This document shows positions 40,736-49,311 of a DNA stretch of 64,000 bases, piece after piece. Made by a program: the position numbers and the translations under genes. The DNA lies in assembly GCA_022841645.1 (NCBI GenBank), contig JALHRC010000004.1, positions 4,078-68,077 of the forward strand. The letters are read 5' to 3'. The notes below the pieces were generated by a model that was not told the origin of the DNA, ran no database searches, and saw only the letters and a program-made list of their open reading frames with translations. The DNA comes from Minisyncoccota bacterium (GTDB lineage Bacteria > Patescibacteriota > Minisyncoccia > Phycocordibacterales > UBA918). Within the stretch, counting starts at the first letter, position 1; each line of letters begins with the position of its first letter.

Positions 40736-41374
40736 CTATTCCAGATAATCGGTATCAGTACCCACTACCTTTTTAATTTGTGAGCGCAGTTCAGCCTTGG
40801 CGCCGCGCGTCGTACTTCCGGTGGCTGATGAGGCGCGACGCGTTCCACCACCGCCACCACCTCCACCGCGGTAGCTAATCAAAAACTCGTTGGGTGATTC
40901 GTCCATATCAATAAAGTCGTCGACCACTTCACGCAGCTTACCTGAAGAGGAGCGGCCAAACGAAATTGCTTCTACCTGACAGCCTTGGCTCTTTACGTAC
41001 TCCACCATCGGGACAAAGTCGCCGTCGCCAGAGGCGAGGACAATAGCATCAACTTTTTGTGCGAGCTTGATGGCGTCGATCGCGAGCCCTACGTCCCAGT
41101 CGGCTTTCTTGGCGCCGCCGTAGAAAATTTGCAGGTCCTTGGTTTTAATTTCGATACCAACTTTTTCCAGGGCTTCAAAGAATGGCTGCTCCTCGCCACT
41201 TTCAGTGTTTACCACGTACGACAAGGCACGAATAAGTTTGCGTCCCCCGAGGGCACGCTTCACAACATTGCCAAAGTTTACCTTCGACTTGTAGAGATTC
41301 TTCCCGCTGTGATAGAGGTTTTGCGTGTCAATTAAAATGGCGACGCGTTGGTCGGGGTGTCTGATGACTCCCAT
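40736..41374 (-). CDS. NYN/LabA-like domain protein with a Gly-rich C-terminal tail
   Basis: NYN-like pattern (VAILIDTQNLYHS ... VDAIVLASGDGDF) and a G8 tract. Located between rpsO and pnp. Confidence 0.55.
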   Translation of the reverse strand: MGVIRHPDQRVAILIDTQNLYHSGKNLYKSKVNFGNVVKRALGGRKLIRALSYVVNTESGEEQPFFEALEKVGIEIKTKDLQIFYGGAKKADWDVGLAIDAIKLAQKVDAIVLASGDGDFVPMVEYVKSQGCQVEAISFGRSSSGKLREVVDDFIDMDESPNEFLISYRGGGGGGGGTRRASSATGSTTRGAKAELRSQIKKVVGTDTDYLE

Positions 41375-41446
41375 ATTTTATGAAAATAAATTACGTCAGT
41401 ACTTTTAAAAATCATCCCCTGCCTAGTACTATACCCCACTAGCAAA

Positions 41447-41471
41447 CATCGCTCCAGAGACTGGAGCGATG
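41447..41471 (-). terminator. Hairpin immediately downstream of rpsO
   Basis: CATCGCTCCAG-AGAC-TGGAGCGATG. Confidence 0.55.
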
Positions 41472-41479
41472 TAAGTGGT

Positions 41480-41746
41480 TTACTTCTTGAGGCCCAACTT
41501 CTTCACGACTGCCTGGTACTTCTTAGGGTCCTTCCCTTCGAGGTACTTTAGGTGTGTGCGTCGGTCGGCGACGAGCTGCAGAAGTCCACGGCGTGAGTGA
41601 AAATCTTTCGCATGCTTTTTTAGGTGCGTCGAAAGCTCTTCGATCTGACGGGTGAGAAGTGCAACCTGTGCTTCAGGCGATCCGGTATCACTGTCGTGAC
41701 GGCGAACACCCTTAAGGACGTTCTCTTTAACTCGTTTTGTTAACAT
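41480..41746 (-). CDS. rpsO: 30S ribosomal protein S15
   Basis: 88 aa. HSRRGLLQLVADRRTHLKYL is an S15 signature. Confidence 0.9.
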   Translation of the reverse strand: MLTKRVKENVLKGVRRHDSDTGSPEAQVALLTRQIEELSTHLKKHAKDFHSRRGLLQLVADRRTHLKYLEGKDPKKYQAVVKKLGLKK

Positions 41747-41845
41747 AGAAATGAAAGTAAGTGCTGCGTTCTGCCCCGTAGATACGCACCCTACATGGGT
41801 GAGGCAAGGAGAACGGCAGCGGTATAACCAGCGAAGGTTGTTTCT

Positions 41846-41874
41846 ACTATAGCATATATTAATAAAAAAAGCAA
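41846..41874 (-). promoter_or_regulatory. Putative sigma-70-type rpsO promoter (TTGCTT -17 nt- TATAGT on the - strand)
   Basis: Read from the reverse complement. 17-nt spacer. About 100-nt leader to rpsO. Confidence 0.35.
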
Positions 41875-42097
41875 GTCACACCCAGGTTTCGACGACCTGT
41901 CAAACCCGTGGGCTGTTATGTTACTCCCGTGGGCTTGACCCCTTCCCTCTAAGGCCAAAACTCGGGCCAGTGGCGTAGTGGTGAGTTCGGCTTTCATCAC
42001 TCATATCTATTACAGTCACCGCCGCAGTGAAACACTCCGTCGCCGTCCGTATTCTCCTCCGCCCTGCTTTGCTGCAGGGATAATGTGGCGGATGATT

Positions 42098-43228
42098 TTA
42101 CCGCGAACCCACCTTGATCGTGATGGTGCCGATGACTTCCTCGCGCGAATACCAGGCGGCACAGACCGTTTCTTCGGTGGGCTCGCAGGTATTGAAGACA
42201 GTTTCGGTGAGTGTCGCAGTATAGGTACCAGTACGTCGGTAGGTGTGTGGCACCGACTTCACTGGTGTCGTACAGGGGGTGGTGATGCAGCGAATGCCTG
42301 GGACAACTACGCGCTTGGTTTGTCCGTCACCAAAGTCGAGGGTAAATTCACCTTCTTTGCCAATGAGGAATTCTGTGACGAGTGGAGCGGTGCCGGTAGC
42401 GCGCGTGACGGTAAACTCATCGCCTACTGTTCCCACCATATGAAACGTACTACTCATCGCCTTGGCAACAATGGTGGTTGTAGTGGTAGTCGGGGCGCAG
42501 AAGCCAAAGCAGGTATCTTTGGGAGTGAAGAGCGCAGCATACATTTTCATCGGACGTTTGCCGTCTACAAGGAGCTCGTCAAGATTTTCGCAGTTCCCGA
42601 AAATGGCGTCAGAAAAGTTGCCGTTACAAAACTCATCAGTAGTGAGCGTGGCGGTGCCACTGGCGTAATTTACAAACTCCGACTTCACAACTTCTTTGGT
42701 GTCGGCGGTAACAAGTTGTACAAACATACCGAGTGTCGGCGCGGTACTCGCCACATTCCAATTCACCACAATGTCATCGCCGGCGGCAAAGACTGCTGTG
42801 CCGTGGGGACTACTAATCGAGAGAGTTGGTCCGACGGGTAAAGTGGCACAGACCTTTTCAATAACACTGCGGGTGAGCGGTCCCACGAGACCAAGTGCTG
42901 GCACGCCGTGCTCGGTTTGAAATCGCTTCACGAGACTTTCGGTAACAGGCCCAAAGTAGCCGGTCACGAGATCACTCTCGGCGTAAGTGTAGTGACGCGC
43001 GAGAAATGATTGCAGTGCGCGCACCTGGGCCTCTTCGCGCATACCGCGGGAGAGCCCGCGTGTCAGTTGGGGGCACATACGGCTACTGGAAGAAGTGCTC
43101 TCACTAATATCGGTAATGACGGGCGGGGCGTTTTTTGCTTCAGCCGGTGAAGGTATACTAAAAACTCCTAATAATAAGAGTGCGGCGACAAAAGCGCAGC
43201 CAATACTATGCTTGATGGTGGTAGTCAT
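42098..43228 (-). CDS. Secreted protein with a PG_binding_1 peptidoglycan-binding domain
   Basis: Signal/TM. Motif ALQSFLARHYTYAESDLVTGYFGPVTESLVKRFQTEHGVPALGLVGPLT. 376 aa. Confidence 0.6.
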   Translation of the reverse strand: MTTTIKHSIGCAFVAALLLLGVFSIPSPAEAKNAPPVITDISESTSSSSRMCPQLTRGLSRGMREEAQVRALQSFLARHYTYAESDLVTGYFGPVTESLVKRFQTEHGVPALGLVGPLTRSVIEKVCATLPVGPTLSISSPHGTAVFAAGDDIVVNWNVASTAPTLGMFVQLVTADTKEVVKSEFVNYASGTATLTTDEFCNGNFSDAIFGNCENLDELLVDGKRPMKMYAALFTPKDTCFGFCAPTTTTTTIVAKAMSSTFHMVGTVGDEFTVTRATGTAPLVTEFLIGKEGEFTLDFGDGQTKRVVVPGIRCITTPCTTPVKSVPHTYRRTGTYTATLTETVFNTCEPTEETVCAAWYSREEVIGTITIKVGSR

Positions 43229-43271
43229 AGTAGTTATGACGGATTCGAGCCGACTTTATTACTAGTTTGTC

Positions 43272-43311
43272 CACTAACCCCCGTCCCGTTAGGACGGGGG
43301 TTAGTGGACGC
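43272..43311. terminator. 18-bp perfect hairpin between the PG-binding gene and the PEP-utiliser gene
   Basis: GTCCACTAACCCCCGTCC-CGTTA-GGACGGGGGTTAGTGGAC. Confidence 0.5.
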
Positions 43312-43391
43312 ATAATTAGTAACGGCGGATCGCCCTGCTTTGTTGCGGGGTGAGCCGGGCGGATTTTTACTTGCTGTCGTGGAGGGGTAGT

Positions 43392-44939
43392 TCAGGATGC
43401 TTTGGCAACCGTGCCGGCTGCCAGATCCAGTATCACTCTATCCCCCGTTACAAACACCTTGCTGCCGAGTCGCGTACCAATCACACAGGGTTTTTTAAGT
43501 TCGCGCGAAACAATAGCAGCATGGCAGGTGATGCCGCCTTCGTCGGTTACGATGGCCGCCGCTTTTTTCATGTAGGGCACGAGATGTGGATGGGTTTGGG
43601 TAGCGATAAGTATGTCACCTTCAGCAAAACCCAGCAGCTCGTGGTCGTTATTAAAGGCGCTCGTAAGAACAAAGACTCGACCGGCTACTGTGGACGTGGT
43701 GCGGTCGGGCCACGAGGCCACTGCTCCACTAACAGACTGTGTGCTTTTTATTTCTCCAGCGCGCGCTTCAAGTACAGCAGCGATGCGTCCCGTCGCCTCG
43801 CCCCCGGTGTAGTGGGTGACCCCGTCACGTTGGTAGATGGTAAGTAAGCCACGTTGGCGGTCACGCAGGAGTGCTGTGGGAACGGTTGTTCCGGTTTCAA
43901 TTAATGAGAGTAGCTCGTCGGCCGTGTACGACTTCATGTCGACGTCACTTACCCCGTAGTGCGACTTCATGGCGACGATGATAGTGTCGACATATTTTAG
44001 GAGGCACAGCATATAGGTCTGTAGGTCAAAACGCATCACCGACACGTGACCCATGATGTCAGCATGGCGGTAGACCTCCGAGGTTTCTTTCTCCAGCAGA
44101 AGAGTGCGTGCTTCGATGCGTTCTTCAAGTTCGATGAACTTGGTTCGTTCGCTTTGCAGGAACTCGGGATTATTGAGTAATACAGCAATCCGAGACTGGG
44201 CGTGTGCGTGGTCGATGTAGTCGCCACCAATTAATCCCCAAAATAAAAACCCGTAGCGCTCGACCGCATCCCTCAAAGTCGTTTCAAACACTGTGCTGTC
44301 GGAAAAGAGTGTCTCGGGTGGGCGGCACTGTTCGGCAAAGTCGTGAGCGCAATGGGCGAGACGACTGTCGATGGTGCCTAGATACGTGAGGCGTCGACCG
44401 GTCGAGGAGAGAAGTTCGAGATCGGCGTGCGGGAGGTGGTCGGCCAACAGTCGTTCAAATTGCCAAAAGCGCTGTGGCTGGGTCTGCAGGTAGTACGACA
44501 TAATAAATGTCGTGAGTGTACGAACATCCCGTATGAATTTTGCGAGTGTTGACGGGTTTTCTATGAGCAGTAATGACTCCCGAGTAGCGATTTCGGCAAA
44601 GTAGCGGTCGTGCAAGCCTTTCGTTTGTTCATAGGCGTGGTCAATGGCGTCTTCAAATCGAGCAACAAATGTTGGGTCACTGAACGTAGCAAATCCCACC
44701 CCCGCTTCTTCTTCTAAGCTGTCTTCGGGAAACGCGCCAAAGAAACATGAGGTCGGACTGTTTTGTGTGTAGGTGATCCAACCCTCAGGGGCGTAGCCAG
44801 AGAGGTCGCGCATGGCAAAGTAGCTGGCTTCATTGATCCACAACCCAGCACGATCTTGAAACCATACCGGACTGTACTGTGTCTGGTCGTACATAATCCG
44901 CACGTCAGCGGAGAGGGCTTGTGGGTGTCGTGCATTCAT
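43392..44939 (-). CDS. PEP-utilising-enzyme mobile (phosphohistidine swivel) domain protein with an unrecognised ~400-aa N-terminal region
   Basis: C-terminal GGITCHAAIVSRELKKPCVIGT (PEP-utilisers phospho-His motif). N-terminus lacks the PPDK_N ATP-grasp RSS..ED signature. Confidence 0.6.
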   Translation of the reverse strand: MNARHPQALSADVRIMYDQTQYSPVWFQDRAGLWINEASYFAMRDLSGYAPEGWITYTQNSPTSCFFGAFPEDSLEEEAGVGFATFSDPTFVARFEDAIDHAYEQTKGLHDRYFAEIATRESLLLIENPSTLAKFIRDVRTLTTFIMSYYLQTQPQRFWQFERLLADHLPHADLELLSSTGRRLTYLGTIDSRLAHCAHDFAEQCRPPETLFSDSTVFETTLRDAVERYGFLFWGLIGGDYIDHAHAQSRIAVLLNNPEFLQSERTKFIELEERIEARTLLLEKETSEVYRHADIMGHVSVMRFDLQTYMLCLLKYVDTIIVAMKSHYGVSDVDMKSYTADELLSLIETGTTVPTALLRDRQRGLLTIYQRDGVTHYTGGEATGRIAAVLEARAGEIKSTQSVSGAVASWPDRTTSTVAGRVFVLTSAFNNDHELLGFAEGDILIATQTHPHLVPYMKKAAAIVTDEGGITCHAAIVSRELKKPCVIGTRLGSKVFVTGDRVILDLAAGTVAKAS

Positions 44940-44981
44940 AAGAAAAGTATACGCGTTCTGATAAAAGTATAAATAATTTGA

Positions 44982-45010
44982 GGGGCGGCGATCCAGAGAC
45001 CGCCACCCCC
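44982..45010 (-). terminator. Terminator hairpin of histidine-phosphatase-like copy A (GGTGGCGGTCTCTGGATCGCCGCC on the - strand, with a U-G wobble)
   Basis: Paralogous to the hairpin at 45834-45860. A complete stem forms only on the minus-strand RNA. Confidence 0.5.
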
Positions 45011-45020
45011 CGATCGTTCG

Positions 45021-45710
45021 TCAGTCGAGTTTGATATGCGACCACCAGAGGTGGTTGCCGCTCGGGATGCTGGCGATGATCCCAGCGTCCAAGTAGTTGA
45101 TCATGATGGTGGGACCTCCGCAGAAATCCACCAGCCCGCCGATCTCCTCGACCCCCACCTTGGTCTGGTCCGGAATCCAGGTCCGGCATGCCAGGTAGTA
45201 GAGCTTGAGGAGGTACTCGATCACGCCCGAGTGGCTGATTGCCACCACGAGCGGCCGCTCATCCGCCGGACGATTGGCAGCGATTGCTCGGATGAACTTG
45301 TTGACCTCAAGCGCGTGGTCACGGCCCGTGAAGAGAGCGCCCGGCAGGAGCTGCTCGAAGTGCTCCTCGACGAGCAAACTCGTGGCGGCCGCCTCGGTGT
45401 ACCCGCTCCCGAGTCGCTCCCTGAGGAAATCCCCCATCACGTCTCCGTCGATGTGGTTCATCAGTCCGACGAGGTGCGGATTGGTCTTGACCTCGCAATC
45501 GACGCCGATGGTCTGCGCAAAGCGCTGGAGCGCCGGGATGCACTGCTCCCCGCGCTTGTGGCCGCTGACGAAGAGACGGAGCGAGGTGAATTCACCGCTT
45601 CGCCACTCCTTCACGAGCTGGTCGTGGAGGGCCTGCAGACCCTCTTCCGTGACGTCGCCGTCCCGGTCCTTCGGCGGGTGACGACGTAAAAGAACTTTGA
45701 TCAATCCCAT
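45021..45710 (-). CDS. Histidine-phosphatase-superfamily-like protein, paralog A
   Basis: N-terminal LLRRHPPKD (RHG-like) and C-terminal VVAISHSGVIE (the hSHg motif of PGAM/SixA-like enzymes). Clearly homologous to 45884-46630. Confidence 0.4.
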   Translation of the reverse strand: MGLIKVLLRRHPPKDRDGDVTEEGLQALHDQLVKEWRSGEFTSLRLFVSGHKRGEQCIPALQRFAQTIGVDCEVKTNPHLVGLMNHIDGDVMGDFLRERLGSGYTEAAATSLLVEEHFEQLLPGALFTGRDHALEVNKFIRAIAANRPADERPLVVAISHSGVIEYLLKLYYLACRTWIPDQTKVGVEEIGGLVDFCGGPTIMINYLDAGIIASIPSGNHLWWSHIKLD

Positions 45711-45747
45711 GACCGTCTGGCCCTCCTTTGCTTGGGATAGCGCAACT

Positions 45748-45766
45748 ACTATACACTTCTGTCAAT
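45748..45766 (-). promoter_or_regulatory. Conserved 19-nt motif ACTATACA-N4-TGTCAAT upstream of paralog A (duplicated with the gene)
   Basis: Same 8+4+7 motif sits at 46670-46688 upstream of paralog B. Confidence 0.4.
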
Positions 45767-45833
45767 TATTTACAAGGCCAGAGATAATCCCGTCGATGTT
45801 TGGAAGATAGCTGTGTTGTGCAAATAAAAGAAG

Positions 45834-45860
45834 GGTGGCAGTCCGGAGACCGCCACCCCC
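45834..45860 (-). terminator. Terminator hairpin of histidine-phosphatase-like copy B, followed by a T-run on the - strand
   Basis: GGTGGC-A-GTC-CGGA-GAC-C-GCCACC. Minus strand continues CTTCTTTTATTTG. Confidence 0.55.
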
Positions 45861-45883
45861 CCTCGTCTGCCTCTGCCCGCTCG

Positions 45884-46630
45884 TCAGTCGAGCGAGACCT
45901 TGAGGCCCCGCAAGTGCCGGCGGTCGAGTATCGCACTCGCTTCCCCGTCACTGTCGTAGGTGATGGTGATCATCGGCCCCTCGCAGAAGCCCAGGAGCCC
46001 GCCGAGCTCCTTGGCGCCCACCTTCGTGGCGTCGGTGATGTTGGGGTGGTTCTCGAGGTAGACGGTCTTGAGCCAGTCCTCGACGACCCCGGAGTGGCTG
46101 ATCGCCACCACGAGTGTCTTCTCGCCGATCGGCTCTTCCCGCGCGACGGTGCGTACCATTTCACCGATCTGCGCTCCGTGCTCCCGCCGCGTGAACGGGC
46201 AGCCGGGAAACTCCTGGTCGTAGTACTCCTTGATGAGCAGGTGGTTGCCTTGCTTTTCAAAGTCGGCACTCGGCGGTTCGTACTTTGGACGACCGTCAGT
46301 GACCGCCGTCACCGCGGTTCCCAGCTGCTGGTTCAGCTCCGCGATCATCGCCTCCCCGTCGATCCGATCGGCCAACCCCTGGAGGAGCGGGCTCGTGCTC
46401 ACCGTACACGTGATGACGATCGTCCGCGTGAAGCGCTCGAGTACCGAAATGCTCTGCTGACCACGCGGCAAAGGGCTCACGAGGAGCTTGAGCGAATCGA
46501 AGCCGCCGATCCGCCACAGGGTGGTGAGGAAGTCGTGCAAGGTGTTCTTGCCGCTCCCCTTCAAGTTGCCGGTCGCCGGATCCTTCTCCGGATGCCGGAG
46601 GAGGAGAATCGTCGTCGTGCGTGTGGCCAT
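45884..46630 (-). CDS. Histidine-phosphatase-superfamily-like protein, paralog B
   Basis: LLLRHPEKD ... LVVAISHSGVVED. Shares extended blocks with paralog A (TKVG..ELGGL..FC.GP.I.I.Y ... LD end). Confidence 0.4.
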   Translation of the reverse strand: MATRTTTILLLRHPEKDPATGNLKGSGKNTLHDFLTTLWRIGGFDSLKLLVSPLPRGQQSISVLERFTRTIVITCTVSTSPLLQGLADRIDGEAMIAELNQQLGTAVTAVTDGRPKYEPPSADFEKQGNHLLIKEYYDQEFPGCPFTRREHGAQIGEMVRTVAREEPIGEKTLVVAISHSGVVEDWLKTVYLENHPNITDATKVGAKELGGLLGFCEGPMITITYDSDGEASAILDRRHLRGLKVSLD

Positions 46631-46669
46631 CTGGCCCTCCCGTTGTTGCCGTCAAAGAACGACGCAATC

Positions 46670-46688
46670 ACTATACAAAACTGTCAAT
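46670..46688 (-). promoter_or_regulatory. Conserved ACTATACA-N4-TGTCAAT motif upstream of paralog B
   Basis: See 45748-45766. Confidence 0.4.
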
Positions 46689-46718
46689 CGTACGCATGTT
46701 TTTTAGGCAACTACCTAC

Positions 46719-46778
46719 AGTAACGTTACTGTAAGCCATGTTGTTAAGGTTTATATAACGAGAGAATTCGTTATATGG
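46719..46778. promoter_or_regulatory. Two palindromes in the divergent promoter region: AGTAACGTTACT (perfect 12-mer) and TTATATAACGA-GAGAAT-TCGTTATATGG
   Basis: Both lie just upstream of the 46791 regulator gene and are candidate operator sites. Confidence 0.4.
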
Positions 46779-46790
46779 TATGGTGAGAGT

Positions 46791-47570
46791 GTGAAAGTCA
46801 GTCGCCATGAGATAAAGTTGCTCGATCTGTCTCCACGCGAAGTGGTGGTTTTGCGCGCACTGGAGGAGTGTGATGATGACGGCCTACAAATCTACGAACT
46901 CTCTGACGTGCTCTCGCTTCCCCACTCGAGTCTCACCTACACCCTTGGTCAATTGTATGAACGCAACCTGGTGGCGTATGAGCTTCGCGGTCGACGCAAG
47001 ATCTGGCAGTCGCGCCTGGGTGACGTAGCCTTTCGCAAGCGCCTCGGGTCACTGGAAAGTGTGGCGGGTGACATGCGGATTGTCGAAGGAACCGAAGCTA
47101 TCAAGGCCCTCTACCTTTCGGCACTTGAACTTCATCCGCACGAACGACTCACTATCCTCGAAGGCAACGCGGCGGTTCACACACTGCGCGTGAAGGTGGG
47201 GCATGAGTTTATGCGGGAGTGGCACACGCTGGCTATCAAGCGCGAGATTATCGCCGAAAGTATTTTAGGGGAGTCGGGCTTTGCAGATATCCGCGCGGCA
47301 CGTATTCACCCTGCGGTGGTCGAAAGTCTCACCCGTTTCAAGCTCTGGGTAGGGTACGTCGTACCCGATGCGTTTATGAAAATAGATGTGGCCGTCATTG
47401 CTTTCCGCGAAGTGATTATTATTGTTGATTGGGCAAGCGAACGCGCGGTCGTGATCAATACCCCCGAGCCGGTACGCCTCATTCGTGGTTTCCTCGACGC
47501 ACTCGTGATGACCGGCAGAAAAGTAGATCTGGTAAAGGAAGTGAAACTGGCGGCAGACAAACTGAAATAG
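46791..47570 (+). CDS. Winged-helix transcriptional regulator, TrmB-like architecture (GTG start)
   Basis: N-terminal wHTH (VVVLRALEECDDDGLQIYELSDVLSLPHSSLTYTLGQLYERNLV). C-terminal domain resembles that of 47638-48396. Confidence 0.5.
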   Translation: MKVSRHEIKLLDLSPREVVVLRALEECDDDGLQIYELSDVLSLPHSSLTYTLGQLYERNLVAYELRGRRKIWQSRLGDVAFRKRLGSLESVAGDMRIVEGTEAIKALYLSALELHPHERLTILEGNAAVHTLRVKVGHEFMREWHTLAIKREIIAESILGESGFADIRAARIHPAVVESLTRFKLWVGYVVPDAFMKIDVAVIAFREVIIIVDWASERAVVINTPEPVRLIRGFLDALVMTGRKVDLVKEVKLAADKLK

Positions 47571-47637
47571 TTTCACTATGGGAAAATGAAAACGGCGACT
47601 CTGGGAAGATGCTGTCGCCAACTGGTGAGCTAGTTCC

Positions 47638-48396
47638 CTATCCGCTCGCCAGGCGCCAAAGAGTGTCGAAGTAGTGGGCTTGGCTTTTAGCTACGGCGCT
47701 GTTTTTGATACTGAAGGTGAGGTGTGGTTCGCCGTAGATATAGAAGGCGACCGTGTCGTCGTAGATGACGGTGTTAACCAGATTGTTTTCGAGGCCCGGA
47801 AGGACGCGGTAGGTGGTGTCCTTACGTCGTTGCGCCGCATCCTTTAGTTGTGGGTAGAGGGTCTGAGGACCAACTAGTTTAAAGGCGATGTGTTTCTGGT
47901 TGCGAATACGTTCCCACTCTTCATGTACACTTTCTCCGACCCGACTAAAGTACTGTTGCCACTCGCCGCAGATCATCCGTACCACCGATTGTGCTGGAGT
48001 GGCACGAATATGATCGAGCATGGCTCCACGAAACGCCGCCTGCCCTTCCGCTACATCAAATTCTTGCGCTGCGGTGGTTTTGCGTAGTGGGGCGAGTAGT
48101 GCACTTAGGGTGCGGGCTTTTTCTTCGTGCGCTTCGGCGAGCGTGAGGAGGGTGCGGGGATGTTGGGCTTCCCAGAGGGGACGCTTTCCCGTTACGCGCA
48201 CCACCAACCCCTTTTCTTCTAAGGTGGCGAGAGCGTTGTAGACAAACTGGCGGTGCAGGTCGAGTCGCTTGCTGACGGTGATAGCGGTTGCGTTCCCGCC
48301 ACGTAGCAGGTCGATGTATACCTGCCCGGCCTTTTCATCAATACCAAAGGCCACCAGGTCGTTTGAAATACTTAAGAGGTCAATATTCTTTGACAC
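47638..48396 (-). CDS. TrmB-family transcriptional regulator
   Basis: N-terminal GIDEKAGQVYIDLLRGGNATAITVSKRLDLHRQFVYNALATLEEKGLV is the TrmB wHTH. 252 aa. Confidence 0.55.
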   Translation of the reverse strand: MSKNIDLLSISNDLVAFGIDEKAGQVYIDLLRGGNATAITVSKRLDLHRQFVYNALATLEEKGLVVRVTGKRPLWEAQHPRTLLTLAEAHEEKARTLSALLAPLRKTTAAQEFDVAEGQAAFRGAMLDHIRATPAQSVVRMICGEWQQYFSRVGESVHEEWERIRNQKHIAFKLVGPQTLYPQLKDAAQRRKDTTYRVLPGLENNLVNTVIYDDTVAFYIYGEPHLTFSIKNSAVAKSQAHYFDTLWRLASG

Positions 48397-48543
48397 GTGT
48401 ATATACTACACTTACTCAACAAATATATAGTGTCAGTATACTATGTCGTAACAGTATTGTCACTTTGTAAAGCTCGTGTCACTATTAATGACAGAAGAAC
48501 GTTAACAACGCAACCCGCGCCAGAGGGCGCATAGGAGAGAAAG

Positions 48544-49311
48544 ATGACCAAGAGCCACAAGGGCTGGAAGCAGTACGAGGGTGGTGTCGCCAAGACCTAC
48601 TGCGAGCTGCGCGATCGGCACGAGAACCCGGGCCGGCAATTGCTGCGGAAGTTCGTCGACTCCCTGATGCCCGATTGGCGTTATCGGGGATACGCACGTG
48701 AAGGACATTCTCTACTTGACGTGGGCTGTGGTGATGGGCTCGATCTTGTGTTCTATCACAAGGAACACAAGAGCCTGGATGCTCACGGTCTGTGGGTCTA
48801 TGGTATCGAGCCATGTCGTACCATGGCAAAGCTCGCCGAGCGGCGGCTTCAGAGTGAACGGATGCGTAACACGGTCTTCGAAGGATCATGGGATGATTTT
48901 TCACAGGTGCGTGAAGAAAAGAGGGGCTTCGACGTGGTGACGGCATGTTTCTCGCTTCACCATGCAACTGACCTAGTGGCTGCCTTTCGGAATGTCTACA
49001 GCTGTCTGCATCGCGGGGGTCATTTCGCCTTTGTTGTGCCGGCACTGGCACCGACCGTGGATCAGCGCGTGGTCAATGCGTCGCTGTTTGGGGGCGAACT
49101 GACCGTCCGGTACCCTGTCCGCACGGTCCAGGCGTGGTACGAGGCGATTGACCGCAGTGTTAGCGAACGTTGCGTTTGGAAGAGTGTGGATGAGATGGAG
49201 TCCCCTCCCGGTAAGTGGAAGTGGGTGCACCATACTACCTTCTCGATGTCGGGAGACGAGAATGGTGAGAAGGACGGCTGGTTCGTTGTCTTAAAGAAGT
49301 TGAGGTGGTAG
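48544..49311 (+). CDS. Class I SAM-dependent methyltransferase
   Basis: Motif I LLDVGCGDGLDL. Good RBS (GGAGAG). A hairpin with T-run lies at about 49345-49390. Confidence 0.65.
   Translation: MTKSHKGWKQYEGGVAKTYCELRDRHENPGRQLLRKFVDSLMPDWRYRGYAREGHSLLDVGCGDGLDLVFYHKEHKSLDAHGLWVYGIEPCRTMAKLAERRLQSERMRNTVFEGSWDDFSQVREEKRGFDVVTACFSLHHATDLVAAFRNVYSCLHRGGHFAFVVPALAPTVDQRVVNASLFGGELTVRYPVRTVQAWYEAIDRSVSERCVWKSVDEMESPPGKWKWVHHTTFSMSGDENGEKDGWFVVLKKLRW

Noticed and set aside
41747-42100. tmRNA or RNase P RNA in the long rpsO upstream region
   Set aside because: No tRNA-like 3' end, GGGGCUGAUUC start, or GGAAAGUCCGG / ACAGAACCCGGCUUA P4 motifs were found on either strand. The region is better explained as the rpsO promoter plus a long leader.
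45036-46723. Long + strand ORFs (45036-45689, 45205-45681, 45800-46723) and extra - strand ORFs (46296-46667, 45970-46269) overlapping the duplicated cassette
   Set aside because: Antisense and out-of-frame ORFs are expected in GC-rich DNA. The minus-strand paralogs carry family motifs. The terminator hairpins with T-runs form only on the minus-strand RNA, and the conserved promoter motif sits upstream on the minus strand.
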